Shown: positions 37,363-45,884 of the stretch, piece after piece
Layout: the number at the start of each line of letters is the position of its first letter
Position numbering within the stretch: position 1 is the first letter of the stretch
Source: an uncultured Chloroflexia bacterium
Lineage (GTDB): Bacteria > Chloroflexota > Limnocylindria > QHBO01
Assembly: GCA_963699235.1 (NCBI GenBank)
Contig: OY969424.1
Span: forward strand, 1,850,964-1,914,963
Direction of reading: 5' to 3'
DNA: 64,000 nt
Notes under the pieces: generated by a model
Database searches by the model: none
What the model was told of the DNA's origin: nothing
The model's input: the letters and a program-made list of their open reading frames with translations, nothing else
Made by a program: the position numbers and the translations under genes

Positions 37363-38108
37363 CGGCTCAGCCGCTGCTCGGGCCACGCCGCCTGACGAAC
37401 TGGCTCCTGGTCTACGGGAGCCTCATCGTCCTGACCGAAGGCGTCCTCGTCTTCGTTAGTGTGGCGCTGGGCGCCGCCCTCATGGCCGGGATCCTGGTCG
37501 CGATCATCTCGCAGCACGCCCTGGCACCCCCGCCGCGCGATCCCATCCTGCCGGTCCTGGCGCTTGTGCCGGTCACGGTGCTGCTGTCGGTCGCGATCCC
37601 GGTCGTGAGCCTGTCAGCCCCGGTGACCTATGCCCTGGTCGGGGGGCCGGTCCTGCTCGGCTCGATCCTGGTGGCGCGCGCCATCGGCCTGAGCCTGGTC
37701 ACCGTCGGGATGGGGACGCCGAAGCGGCTGGTGGAGGTCGCCCTGGTCATCGCAACCGGGATTCCGCTCGGCCTCCTCGCCCGGTTCCTGGGCGGTCTCG
37801 AACCGCTCAGCATGCCGGGACTGACGGTGGAGCTCGGGATGGTGGTCATCCTCGTCTTCATCGTCCTGCCCGAGGAGCTGCTGTTCCGCGGTCTGCTTCG
37901 CCACCTGGCGAGCATCCGATTCGGGGTCCTCGGCATCGTCGCGCCCAACATCATCTACTCGTCGCTGTACTTCGGCTCCGGGTCGGCGACGGTCGTCATC
38001 TTCATGCTCGCGGTCGGCCTCTACTTCAGCCTGGCCGCCAGCCGATCCGGGTCGTTGTGGGGGGTGATCGGCGCCCACCTGCTGCTCCGCCTGGTGATCG
38101 AGGTTTGA
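37359..38108 (+). CDS. CPBP-family (CAAX-type) intramembrane metalloprotease
   Basis: EELLFRGLL (the EExxxR motif), then a downstream FxxxH-type region (LWGVIGAHLLLRL). The protein is polytopic. Confidence 0.8.
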   Translation: MTAQPLLGPRRLTNWLLVYGSLIVLTEGVLVFVSVALGAALMAGILVAIISQHALAPPPRDPILPVLALVPVTVLLSVAIPVVSLSAPVTYALVGGPVLLGSILVARAIGLSLVTVGMGTPKRLVEVALVIATGIPLGLLARFLGGLEPLSMPGLTVELGMVVILVFIVLPEELLFRGLLRHLASIRFGVLGIVAPNIIYSSLYFGSGSATVVIFMLAVGLYFSLAASRSGSLWGVIGAHLLLRLVIEV

Positions 38109-38145
38109 GCCTCGCGGGCTCCGCCGGAACGCGGTATCTCGGTGG

Positions 38146-39060
38146 CTAGAGGTCGTACCCATACCGCAGGAGCAGCGGCCACGTCAGCAGCGTGACCTGC
38201 GTCCGCGGCCAACGCGGGAACTGCTCCTGCCAGGCCATGTCGGCCTTCAGCGCCAGCGGGCCGCTCGACATCCGCATCGGGTTCCCCATCACGGTGTGGT
38301 TCGGCGCCAGGGTCACCGTCCCGTCGCCGATGAACCCGAAGTCGTCAGCTCCAAGCCGGTAGCCCAGCGCACCGAGGGCGCGGACGAGCTCCTCCCGCGG
38401 ACGCTGGGTGAACGTCTCGTAGCGGAGCCGGGAGATGGGCACCCGGCGGCCGAGGAGCTCGATGAAGGCGTTGTGAGCCATCCAGCGGGCGGAGGCGCCG
38501 ATCGGACCCAGGCGCAGCATGGCGACCCGCCGGCCGGGCGTGTCCGGTCGGAGGACCTCCTTCGTCCAGGAGAAGGCGACCCCCCGGCTGTCGCGGACGA
38601 GGTGGACGGTCCGGAAGTCGATGCCGGGAAGCGAGCTGACGACGAGGCCGTACCGCGGATCCTTGGACGAGTCCACGATGGTGGCTCCGTCCGAGACCTC
38701 GTCGATGCCGGCGTAGAGCCGGGTCAGGAGGTCGATGAGCCGCGGATCGGCGTTGGCCGCGGCCGACGACCGCGAGAGCACCCGGCGCAGGGCACGCGAG
38801 TGGGTCAATGACGCGAGCTCCGATTCGGCCCATTCGGGGTCCACCGTGTCCCAACCACCGAAGGCGGCTTCGCCCACCCGGCTCCAGAACGGACAGGCGC
38901 GGAAGGGCTCGCCACACCCGCAGAGCCGGTTCTCGATCAGGCCCGCGAGCCAGATGGTCCGCATCTCCCCGGTCGAGACGTAGCCCGGCACCTGGCCGAT
39001 GATGCGATCGACCAGCGTGGAGCCGCTGCGGCCGGTGCCGCCGACGAACAGGACGCCCAC
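38146..39060 (-). CDS. Sulfotransferase (PAPS-dependent, Sulfotransfer_3/Stf-like type)
   Basis: 5'-PSB loop VGGTGRSGSTLV, IVDSSKDP and HLVRDSRGVAFSW (3'-PB region). I prefer the GTG at 39060, just downstream of the upstream gene's stop (39063-39065). The 5' part of the track ORF is an out-of-frame read of that gene. Confidence 0.8.
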   Translation of the reverse strand: MGVLFVGGTGRSGSTLVDRIIGQVPGYVSTGEMRTIWLAGLIENRLCGCGEPFRACPFWSRVGEAAFGGWDTVDPEWAESELASLTHSRALRRVLSRSSAAANADPRLIDLLTRLYAGIDEVSDGATIVDSSKDPRYGLVVSSLPGIDFRTVHLVRDSRGVAFSWTKEVLRPDTPGRRVAMLRLGPIGASARWMAHNAFIELLGRRVPISRLRYETFTQRPREELVRALGALGYRLGADDFGFIGDGTVTLAPNHTVMGNPMRMSSGPLALKADMAWQEQFPRWPRTQVTLLTWPLLLRYGYDL

Positions 39061-39062
39061 GC

Positions 39063-40403
39063 TCAGTCGGGTGACTCGTCGACGATCGGGTCCGGGATGG
39101 GCCCATAGAACTGGACCTCGCTGCCCGGCTCTTCGAGGAACGGCGCGACCTGGTAACCGCCGTTGGACGTGACCGGACCGACGTGGATGTCCTGCGCCAG
39201 GGAGCCGAACTGGATGAGGTACGGGTTGCCGTCGTCGCCCTTCCCGAACGCCAGGCCGTTCAGGAGCACGCTGCCGGTCTCCTCCGTACCGTGGACCCCG
39301 AGCATGATGTGGGCCGCGCTCGTCCCGTTCGGATTGTCGTTGTCGGCGAAGGTGTCGCCCACGACGGTGAACCCGCTGCCTCCCTCGATGCTGAGACCGC
39401 CGGACCGGTTGCCTTCCCACTTGTTGCTGTTGAGGCGAGTCCGGACGCAGCCGGGCTGGAGGCGGATGCCCACACCCTGGTTGTTGTAGGCGTGGTTGAG
39501 CCGATACATCTGGGAGGCCCCCCGGCTGAGGAACCCATCCCCCTCGTTGCGGAACACGATGTTGCCCTCGATCAGCATGTCCCCGGCACGCTCGTCGTGG
39601 AGAATCCCGATGCCGAGGCCGTCGAAGACACGGTTGAACAGCACGTAGCCATCGTACGGACGGCTTCCGGTTGAGACCCCGGCAAACCGGATTCCGACCC
39701 CGCCGGACTGGGTGACCGCGTTCAGCGTCACCGTCGGCCGGGTGGCCTCCACTTCGATCCCCTGCGCCCGCTCGGCGCCGTCGACGTGGATCAGGCTGAT
39801 GAGCGTGCCGTAGGCATCCTCGGTGGCCCGGACCAGGAACTCCCCGTCGGGGAAGCTGGGACCGGGGACGATCTGCGAGCCCAACGCCGCTTCGGCGTAT
39901 CCCTGCCCGTTCCCGACGTTCATGCCCACCAGGGCCAGGCCATCCCCGGAGATGACGATCGGGGCGTTCAGCTCGAACCGGCCGCCGAGGAGCCGAACCT
40001 GCCCGCCCCCGACGCGCTCGAGGTCGATCAGCGCGGCGTTGATCTCGTCCTCGGCCGAGCCCTCGACCACGATGTCGGCCCGCTCGCGGTCGGCGCCGGA
40101 CGAGTTGGAGGCGGCAATGAGGGTGTCACTGCCGTCGGGAACATCGGGCGGGTACCAGACCGCCCCATCCAGGTTTGGGTCACCGGTTCCCGGCCCACCG
40201 ACCCCCGGTGTCGCGGACGGCGCCGGGCCGCTCGCGGAGGGAACGGCCGGAGTGGAGCTGGGAGATGCCGGGCGCGGGGTCGGTGACGAGTCGGCAGAGT
40301 CGTCGATCACCCGCCACGCGAGCGCCAGGGCGCCGACGAGGGCAACGGCCACGAGGCCACCGAGCACCAGCTGGCGTCTTCGCGATCGGGGCTCGATGCT
40401 CAT
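39063..40403 (-). CDS. Signal-anchored right-handed beta-helix repeat protein (pectate-lyase fold)
   Basis: The ATG at 40403 gives MSIEPRSRRRQLVLGGLVAVALVGALALA, then a Pro/Ser linker. Repeated rungs follow (GVGIRFAG, GIGILHDE, IEGNIVFRN, GVGIRLQPG, LNSNKWEGN, LSIEGG, VVGDTFADN). Confidence 0.75.
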   Translation of the reverse strand: MSIEPRSRRRQLVLGGLVAVALVGALALAWRVIDDSADSSPTPRPASPSSTPAVPSASGPAPSATPGVGGPGTGDPNLDGAVWYPPDVPDGSDTLIAASNSSGADRERADIVVEGSAEDEINAALIDLERVGGGQVRLLGGRFELNAPIVISGDGLALVGMNVGNGQGYAEAALGSQIVPGPSFPDGEFLVRATEDAYGTLISLIHVDGAERAQGIEVEATRPTVTLNAVTQSGGVGIRFAGVSTGSRPYDGYVLFNRVFDGLGIGILHDERAGDMLIEGNIVFRNEGDGFLSRGASQMYRLNHAYNNQGVGIRLQPGCVRTRLNSNKWEGNRSGGLSIEGGSGFTVVGDTFADNDNPNGTSAAHIMLGVHGTEETGSVLLNGLAFGKGDDGNPYLIQFGSLAQDIHVGPVTSNGGYQVAPFLEEPGSEVQFYGPIPDPIVDESPD

Positions 40404-40673
40404 TCGCGGCCGTCGGGAAAGGGGCTCGGGGGCGTGGGCATGACGGCCATTGTTACGGCAGCAGCGCCCCCTGTCACATCGCCCCACCGAAGCGGCGGTG
40501 TCAGCCGGAGCCTGGGCAATCGGTGACAGCGTGCACCGGACCTGCCTCCCGGGTGCGCTGGCCCCATCGTCATGGCTCGATGGGGCCCGAACCCCCGGGG
40601 ACCATCGACCGATGGGCTTTCCATGAACCGGCGGTCAGTCTGGCGGCAACCCCCCAACGGAAGGATGCGCCCT

Positions 40674-41918
40674 ATGACCGCACGACCTCCACGCCTCCGT
40701 CTGCCCGTCGCCTGGATCACCGCAGCAGCTCTGCTGTTGACCACCGGTGGACCAGCGCTGGCAGCTCCCAGCCCCACCGTGACCGGGTTCACGCTCATCA
40801 ATGCCGCCACCGACAAGCCGATTCCGGGCTTCGACCCCATCCGGGCCGGCGCCACCGTCGACCTGGCCGCTCTCCCCACCCGTGACCTCAATATTCGGGT
40901 CAACGCCACGGGCGGCGCGGGGAGTGTCCGGATCTCACTGAACAGCGGCGCTGCCCGGGTCGAGAACCAGGCGCCGTTCGCGATGGCGGGCGACCTGCGT
41001 GGCAACTTCCACGCCTGGACGCCGGCCGCTGGCAGCCACACCGTGAGCGCCGCTGCCTTCGCGCAGCGCAACGCCGCGGGTGCCGCGGGGCCCACCGCAT
41101 CGGTCTCCTTCTCCGTCGTCAACGGCGGTTCGACCAACCCACAGCCCCCGACGCCTGCGCCGCCGGTTCCCCAGACGAACTCGCAGTGCGGGCCGATGCC
41201 GGCCGCGGCACCGAGCGGGTGGCGTCGGGTCCTGACCGACAGCTTCAACGAGAACATCCCGCTCGGCGAGTGGGGCCGGCCCGGTGGTCAGCACGAGTTC
41301 CCCGGCGGCGTCTGGAAGGCCCGGCCTGCCGGCTACAAGGACAGCTCCGGACGTGCCACCTACAACTCGATGAAGACCACCAGCCAGCACGATGGCCTGC
41401 TGGACGTGTGGGTCCACAACGAGGGGAACGCCCGCTACGTGGCGGCCCCGATGCCGCGCGTTGGTGCCACCCTGGGCCAGCGCATCTCCATTTGCATGCG
41501 GGCTGACGTGATCCCCGGCTACAAGATCGCATTCCTCCTGTGGCCCACCGATGGAACCGGCAACTCGCGGGGTGAGATCGACTACCCCGAGGGTCGGCTG
41601 GCGGGAGCTGGAACGTCGGCCCACGCGTTCATGCACTACGACCCCAAGCCGTCAGGGGGAAAGCAGCAGGACGCCTACGACTCCAACGTGACGGTCCAGG
41701 GCTGGCACGAGTACGTGCTGGAGTGGAACCCGAAGGCCGGGTACGCAGCGTTCTATATTGACGGGCGACTCCTCGGCCGCTCCACGCGCTACGTCCCGCG
41801 CGGCGCGATGTTCTACGTCATGCAGATCGAGTCGTACGTGTCCGACCAGCCGCTCCCGGCGCACTCGAACGGCCACGTCCTGCTCGACTGGGTGACGGTC
41901 GAGGTACCGGCCTCGTAA
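40674..41918 (+). CDS. Secreted two-domain protein: an N-terminal carbohydrate-binding-like beta-sandwich and a C-terminal GH16-like/ConA-fold domain
   Basis: The ATG at 40674 has GGAAGG 9 nt upstream. The signal is MTARPPRLRLPVAWITAAALLLTTGGPALA. GEIDYPEG fits the GH16 ExDxxE catalytic pattern. A Pro-rich linker separates the two domains. Confidence 0.55.
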   Translation: MTARPPRLRLPVAWITAAALLLTTGGPALAAPSPTVTGFTLINAATDKPIPGFDPIRAGATVDLAALPTRDLNIRVNATGGAGSVRISLNSGAARVENQAPFAMAGDLRGNFHAWTPAAGSHTVSAAAFAQRNAAGAAGPTASVSFSVVNGGSTNPQPPTPAPPVPQTNSQCGPMPAAAPSGWRRVLTDSFNENIPLGEWGRPGGQHEFPGGVWKARPAGYKDSSGRATYNSMKTTSQHDGLLDVWVHNEGNARYVAAPMPRVGATLGQRISICMRADVIPGYKIAFLLWPTDGTGNSRGEIDYPEGRLAGAGTSAHAFMHYDPKPSGGKQQDAYDSNVTVQGWHEYVLEWNPKAGYAAFYIDGRLLGRSTRYVPRGAMFYVMQIESYVSDQPLPAHSNGHVLLDWVTVEVPAS

Positions 41919-41946
41919 CCCACTCGGATCAGGTTCGCGTCCAACT

Positions 41947-41979
41947 CCACCGCCCCCGCCGCCCCGGCGGGGGCGGTGG
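41947..41979 (+). terminator. Perfect 15-bp GC-rich hairpin (3-nt loop) 29 nt after the GH16-like stop; terminator candidate without a U-tract
   Basis: CCACCGCCCCCGCCG-CCC-CGGCGGGGGCGGTGG. I paired every position by hand. Confidence 0.5.
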
Positions 41980-42171
41980 GCTGAGTGGGACCTCTGTACC
42001 GGTACCGGTGGTGCGCCGACGCACCGCCAATTTGAGGGGACAGCCGACGTAAGCGCACCAGACCGCACCACACCGGCCATTGCCCTCACCGAACCCGCTT
42101 CCCAAAAGTACTTCCCCTCGACTACCCTTGCGCGGTTCTAATCTGCCGATCGTCCTCGGCGACCAATCACC

Positions 42172-42178
42172 AAGGAGG
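42172..42178 (+). promoter_or_regulatory. Shine-Dalgarno sequence AAGGAGG, 5 nt upstream of the GTG at 42184
   Basis: Read directly: CACCAAGGAGGGGAACGTG. Confidence 0.6.
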
Positions 42179-42183
42179 GGAAC

Positions 42184-42903
42184 GTGTCTGCCCACCATCG
42201 TGCTCATCGGCGCGGCCTGCGCTGGGGCATTGCCGGAATCCTTGCCTCGATGCTCATGCTCACGGCATCCTCCGTGGTCCTGGGCGCCGGCGTCCCGACG
42301 GATCCCGACCCGGATCTCGTCTGTCCCGACGGCCACGGCTTTGGCCTGGTCACCAAGTACGTCACCACGGTCAACACGCCGGCGGATTCCAAGGACTGGT
42401 GGGTGAGCGTCGAGTTCGAGGTTGCCGACGACGGCGACCATCACGCCAACTGCGAGATCAGCCTGGGAAGCTACGAGCTGCCGGGGCCGGACTTCTCGCT
42501 CCCACAGACGCTCTTCGGCGGTGAGACCGGCGTCTTCGGCGTCGGGACCCACACCCTGACCGTCCCTCTGCCCCTCGAGCTCAACCAGCCGGGCTGCTTT
42601 GCGCAGTACGACTTCGTCTTCGGTCCGCTGATCGAGGAGCTGACCCTGCCCGACCACTACGGCGACCGGCAGATCCGTGCCCGGATCGTCGGAACCGAGG
42701 CCTGCCCGGCCGACCCGGTCGTCCCGCCGGATCCGCCGAAGCCTGATGGTGGCACCCAGGGTGGCACCGGACTGCCGAACACGGCCATGGCACCCACCTC
42801 GTCCAGCGACCTGGCCCCCACGTTCGCCCTGCTCCTGGTGGCGTCTCTCTCCACCATGGGTATGCTGAACGTACGAGCGGTCCGCGCTCGCCGGGCCCGC
42901 TGA
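42184..42903 (+). CDS. Secreted protein with a C-terminal sortase-type sorting signal (LPNTA, hydrophobic helix, Arg-rich tail)
   Basis: N-terminal signal/TM GLRWGIAGILASMLMLTASSVVLGAG. The C-terminus is GGTGLPNTAMAPTSSSDLAPTFALLLVASLSTMGMLNVRAVRARRAR. Confidence 0.65.
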   Translation: MSAHHRAHRRGLRWGIAGILASMLMLTASSVVLGAGVPTDPDPDLVCPDGHGFGLVTKYVTTVNTPADSKDWWVSVEFEVADDGDHHANCEISLGSYELPGPDFSLPQTLFGGETGVFGVGTHTLTVPLPLELNQPGCFAQYDFVFGPLIEELTLPDHYGDRQIRARIVGTEACPADPVVPPDPPKPDGGTQGGTGLPNTAMAPTSSSDLAPTFALLLVASLSTMGMLNVRAVRARRAR

Positions 42904-42963
42904 CAGCCGGGAGACCGTCAGCCACCGACAGGGAGTTGCCCGCTCGCCCGCGGGCAGGGTGTT

Positions 42964-43509
42964 ATGAGATTCGTCGAGACGCCGCTGCGCGGCGTGATGG
43001 TGGTCGAGCTCGAGCCACGTGAGGACGAGCGCGGGTTCTTTGCCCGAGCCTTCGACGTGAAGGAGTTCACGGAGGCCGGCCTGAACCCGCGAGTGGTGCA
43101 GTCCAACCTCTCGCACAACCTCCGCCGAGGGACGGTGCGCGGGTTCCACTACCAGCGCCCGCCACACGCCGAGGCGAAGCACATCCGCTGCATCCGCGGC
43201 GCCGCCTTCATGGCAGTGGTCGACATCCGGCCCGACAGTCCGACTCACCTCCAGCACACCGCGGTCGAGCTCCGGGCCGGCGACCGCCGCAGCCTCTACG
43301 TGCCGGAGGGGTGCGCGCCGGGCCTCCAGACCCTGGAGGACGTGACCGAGCTCCTCTACAACGTGAGCGAGTTCTACACCCCGGAGGCGGAGGGCGGCCT
43401 GCGCTACGACGACCCGGCGCTCGGGATCGCCTGGCCCCTGCCCGTCTCCGCCATCTCCGAGAAGGACGCCGCCTGGCCGTACCTTGAGCTGACCGCGGCC
43501 CGGTCATGA
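42964..43509 (+). CDS. NDP-4-keto-6-deoxy-sugar 3,5-epimerase (RmlC-like cupin)
   Basis: GVMVVELEPREDERGFFARAF, VRGFHYQ, KHIRCIRGAAFMAVVDIR, SLYVPEGCAPGLQTL and YDDPALGIAWP. Confidence 0.85.
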   Translation: MRFVETPLRGVMVVELEPREDERGFFARAFDVKEFTEAGLNPRVVQSNLSHNLRRGTVRGFHYQRPPHAEAKHIRCIRGAAFMAVVDIRPDSPTHLQHTAVELRAGDRRSLYVPEGCAPGLQTLEDVTELLYNVSEFYTPEAEGGLRYDDPALGIAWPLPVSAISEKDAAWPYLELTAARS

Positions 43510-44805
43510 TCATTGTCGACCGAGCGCTGGCCGAGCGCGCGGCGGCGGGACGCCCGGTCCAGGTCGGGATGGTCGGTGCCGGGGCCATGGGCCGCGGCAT
43601 CGCGCGCCAGATGTTCCGCGCCTTCCCGGGGCTGCGCCTCGCCGCGGTCGCCAACCGGACGACGGAAAACGCCGTCCGGGCCTATGCCGAAGCAAAGCAG
43701 CCCGATGTCGACCACGTCGGGTCGGCCGCCGAGCTGGAGGCGGCGATCGGCGCGGGCCGGTTCGCGGTCACCGACGACCCGTTCGTGATCACCGAGGCGC
43801 CGTCTATCGAGGCGGTGGTCGAGGTCACCGGCACGGTCGAGCACGCGACCCATGTCGTCGAGTCGGCCATCGCCCACGGCAAGCATGTCATCCTCATGAA
43901 CGCTGAGCTGGACGGCACGATCGGGCCGATCCTGAAAGCGCAGGCTGATGCGGCCGGGGTCATCCTGACCGCCTGCGACGGGGACCAGCCGGGGGTCGAG
44001 GCCAACCTCTATCGGTTCGTGCAGGGCATCGGCCTGCGGCCGCTGGTGTGCGGGAACATCAAGGGCTTGCAGGATCCGTATCGGACTCCCACCACCCAGG
44101 CGGGCTGGGCGGAGCAGTGGGGCCTCGGGGTCAAGATGGTGACGAGCTTCGCCGACGGGACGAAGGTCTCGTTCGAGCAGGCGATCGTGGCCAACGGAAC
44201 CGGGATGCGGGCCCCGAAACGGGGCCTGTACGCCTGGGACCACACCGGCCACGTGGACGAGCTGACGACCCGCTATGACCTGGACGAGCTGCTGCGGCTG
44301 GGCGGGATCGTGGACTACGTCGTCGGCGCCCAGCCGGCGCCCGGCATCTACGTGATCGGCCACCCACGACGATCCGCTCGAGCAGCACTACATGAAGCTC
44401 TACAAGCGCGGTGACGGCCCGCTCTACTCGTTCTACACCCCGCAGCACCTCTGCCACTTCGAGGTGCCCACCTCGGTGGCGCGGGCCGTTCTCCTCAACG
44501 ACCCGGTCCTGGCCCCGCTCGGCGGCCCGGTGGTGGAGGTGGTGGCCACCGCCAAGCGGGATCTGGCGGCCGGCGAGGAGCTCGACGGCATCGGCGGCTA
44601 CACGACCTATGGGCAGTGCGACAACGCCGACGTCGTGCAGGACGAGACCCTCCTGCCGATGGGCATCTCGGAGGGCTGCGCCGTGGTGCGCCCGGTCGCC
44701 AGGGACGCGGTTCTCACCTACGCCGATGTCGAGCTGCCCCCGGGCCGTCGGGTTGACCAGCTGCGCATCGAGCAGGCCGAGCGCTTCGCGATGGCACCCC
44801 GATGA
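43506..44805 (+). pseudogene. NAD-binding (homoserine-dehydrogenase-like) oxidoreductase with a C-terminal SAF domain, split by a +1 frameshift at the CCC run 44363-44365 (or a sequencing indel)
   Basis: Track ORFs 43506-44414 and 44392-44805 are two halves of one protein. The first half ends ...VDYVVGAQPAPGIYVIGH. In the next frame it continues HDDPLEQHYMKLYKRGDGPLYSFYTPQHLCHFEVP. Deleting one C from CACCCACGAC restores a single ~432-aa frame. Confidence 0.65.
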
Positions 44806-45884
44806 CCGCCCGGTTCTCGATCTTCATCCCCATCTACAACGACGGCCGCTGGCTGGCCGGCGCCATCGAGAGCGTCCTGGCCCAGACCCACGGCGAATGG
44901 GAGCTCGTGATCGGCGACAACGCCTCCACCGAACCGATCGAGCCGGTCGTCCGCCAGTTCCACGATCCCCGGGTCCGGTACCACCGCTGGGACACGCACG
45001 TGCCCATCGACGAGAACTTCAACCGAACCGCGCTCCTGACCCGCCACGAGTGGGTCCAGTTCCTCGGCGCCGATGACCGGCTCCATCCCGGCTGCCTGGC
45101 CCGGATGGCCGCCGCGATCGACGAGTGGAGCTCACCCACCCGGTTGGCGATGGTGGTCACCGCCTGCCGCCGAGTGGACCCCGACGGCCGCTCGGCGGAC
45201 CACATCTGGTACGGGACCCGGCCGCGATGGCAGGTTCTGGGCGGAACCTACGACTCGGCGACCTGGTTCGGCATCCACCTCCAGGACGGGAACCCGCCGT
45301 GGAACGTGGGGTCGGTCGCCGTGGCCCAGGACGTCTTGTCGGAGAGCGGCGGATTCTTCCGGCCCGAGGTCGGGCTGTCGGCCGACGTCGAGCTCTCCCT
45401 CCGAGCCGCGGCCTATGGATCGGTCGCGTACATCGATGAGCCGCTCCTCGACTTCATGGTCCGTCCCGACGCCGACAACTCGATGCGGTTGTGGATGAAC
45501 CGATCTCGGAACGACCAGCGGACGCCGATCGAGGTCGCCCTCCTGGCCGGGCTCCGCATCCACCGCCACCAGCGCGAGGTATCGGCTGCGGAGGAGCGCC
45601 GGCTCCGAGGCGTGATCGCCCGGTCGCACCTGCAGCGAGCGGCCCAGCACCGCGTGCTGGAAGGGGGTCGCGGACGACGTGGCGCGGCGCGTGACATCCG
45701 CACTGCCATCCGCTGGAGCCCCCGCGCGGTCCTCAGCCCGTACCACGCCCTCTATGCCTTGGCCGCGCTCGTCGCCCCGCGACGGCTCCTCGACGCCGCC
45801 AGGCGACGCCTGTCCCCGGATCAGGAGGTCCTGGAGCCCGTCGCCGGAGTGGGCGGATCGGCTCCGGAAAGCACCGCCCGGTAG
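44802..45884 (+). CDS. Glycosyltransferase family 2
   Basis: FSIFIPIYNDGRWLAGAIESVLAQTHGEWELVIGDNAST and FLGADD (DxD). The start forms an ATGA overlap with the upstream gene. Confidence 0.85.
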   Translation: MTARFSIFIPIYNDGRWLAGAIESVLAQTHGEWELVIGDNASTEPIEPVVRQFHDPRVRYHRWDTHVPIDENFNRTALLTRHEWVQFLGADDRLHPGCLARMAAAIDEWSSPTRLAMVVTACRRVDPDGRSADHIWYGTRPRWQVLGGTYDSATWFGIHLQDGNPPWNVGSVAVAQDVLSESGGFFRPEVGLSADVELSLRAAAYGSVAYIDEPLLDFMVRPDADNSMRLWMNRSRNDQRTPIEVALLAGLRIHRHQREVSAAEERRLRGVIARSHLQRAAQHRVLEGGRGRRGAARDIRTAIRWSPRAVLSPYHALYALAALVAPRRLLDAARRRLSPDQEVLEPVAGVGGSAPESTAR

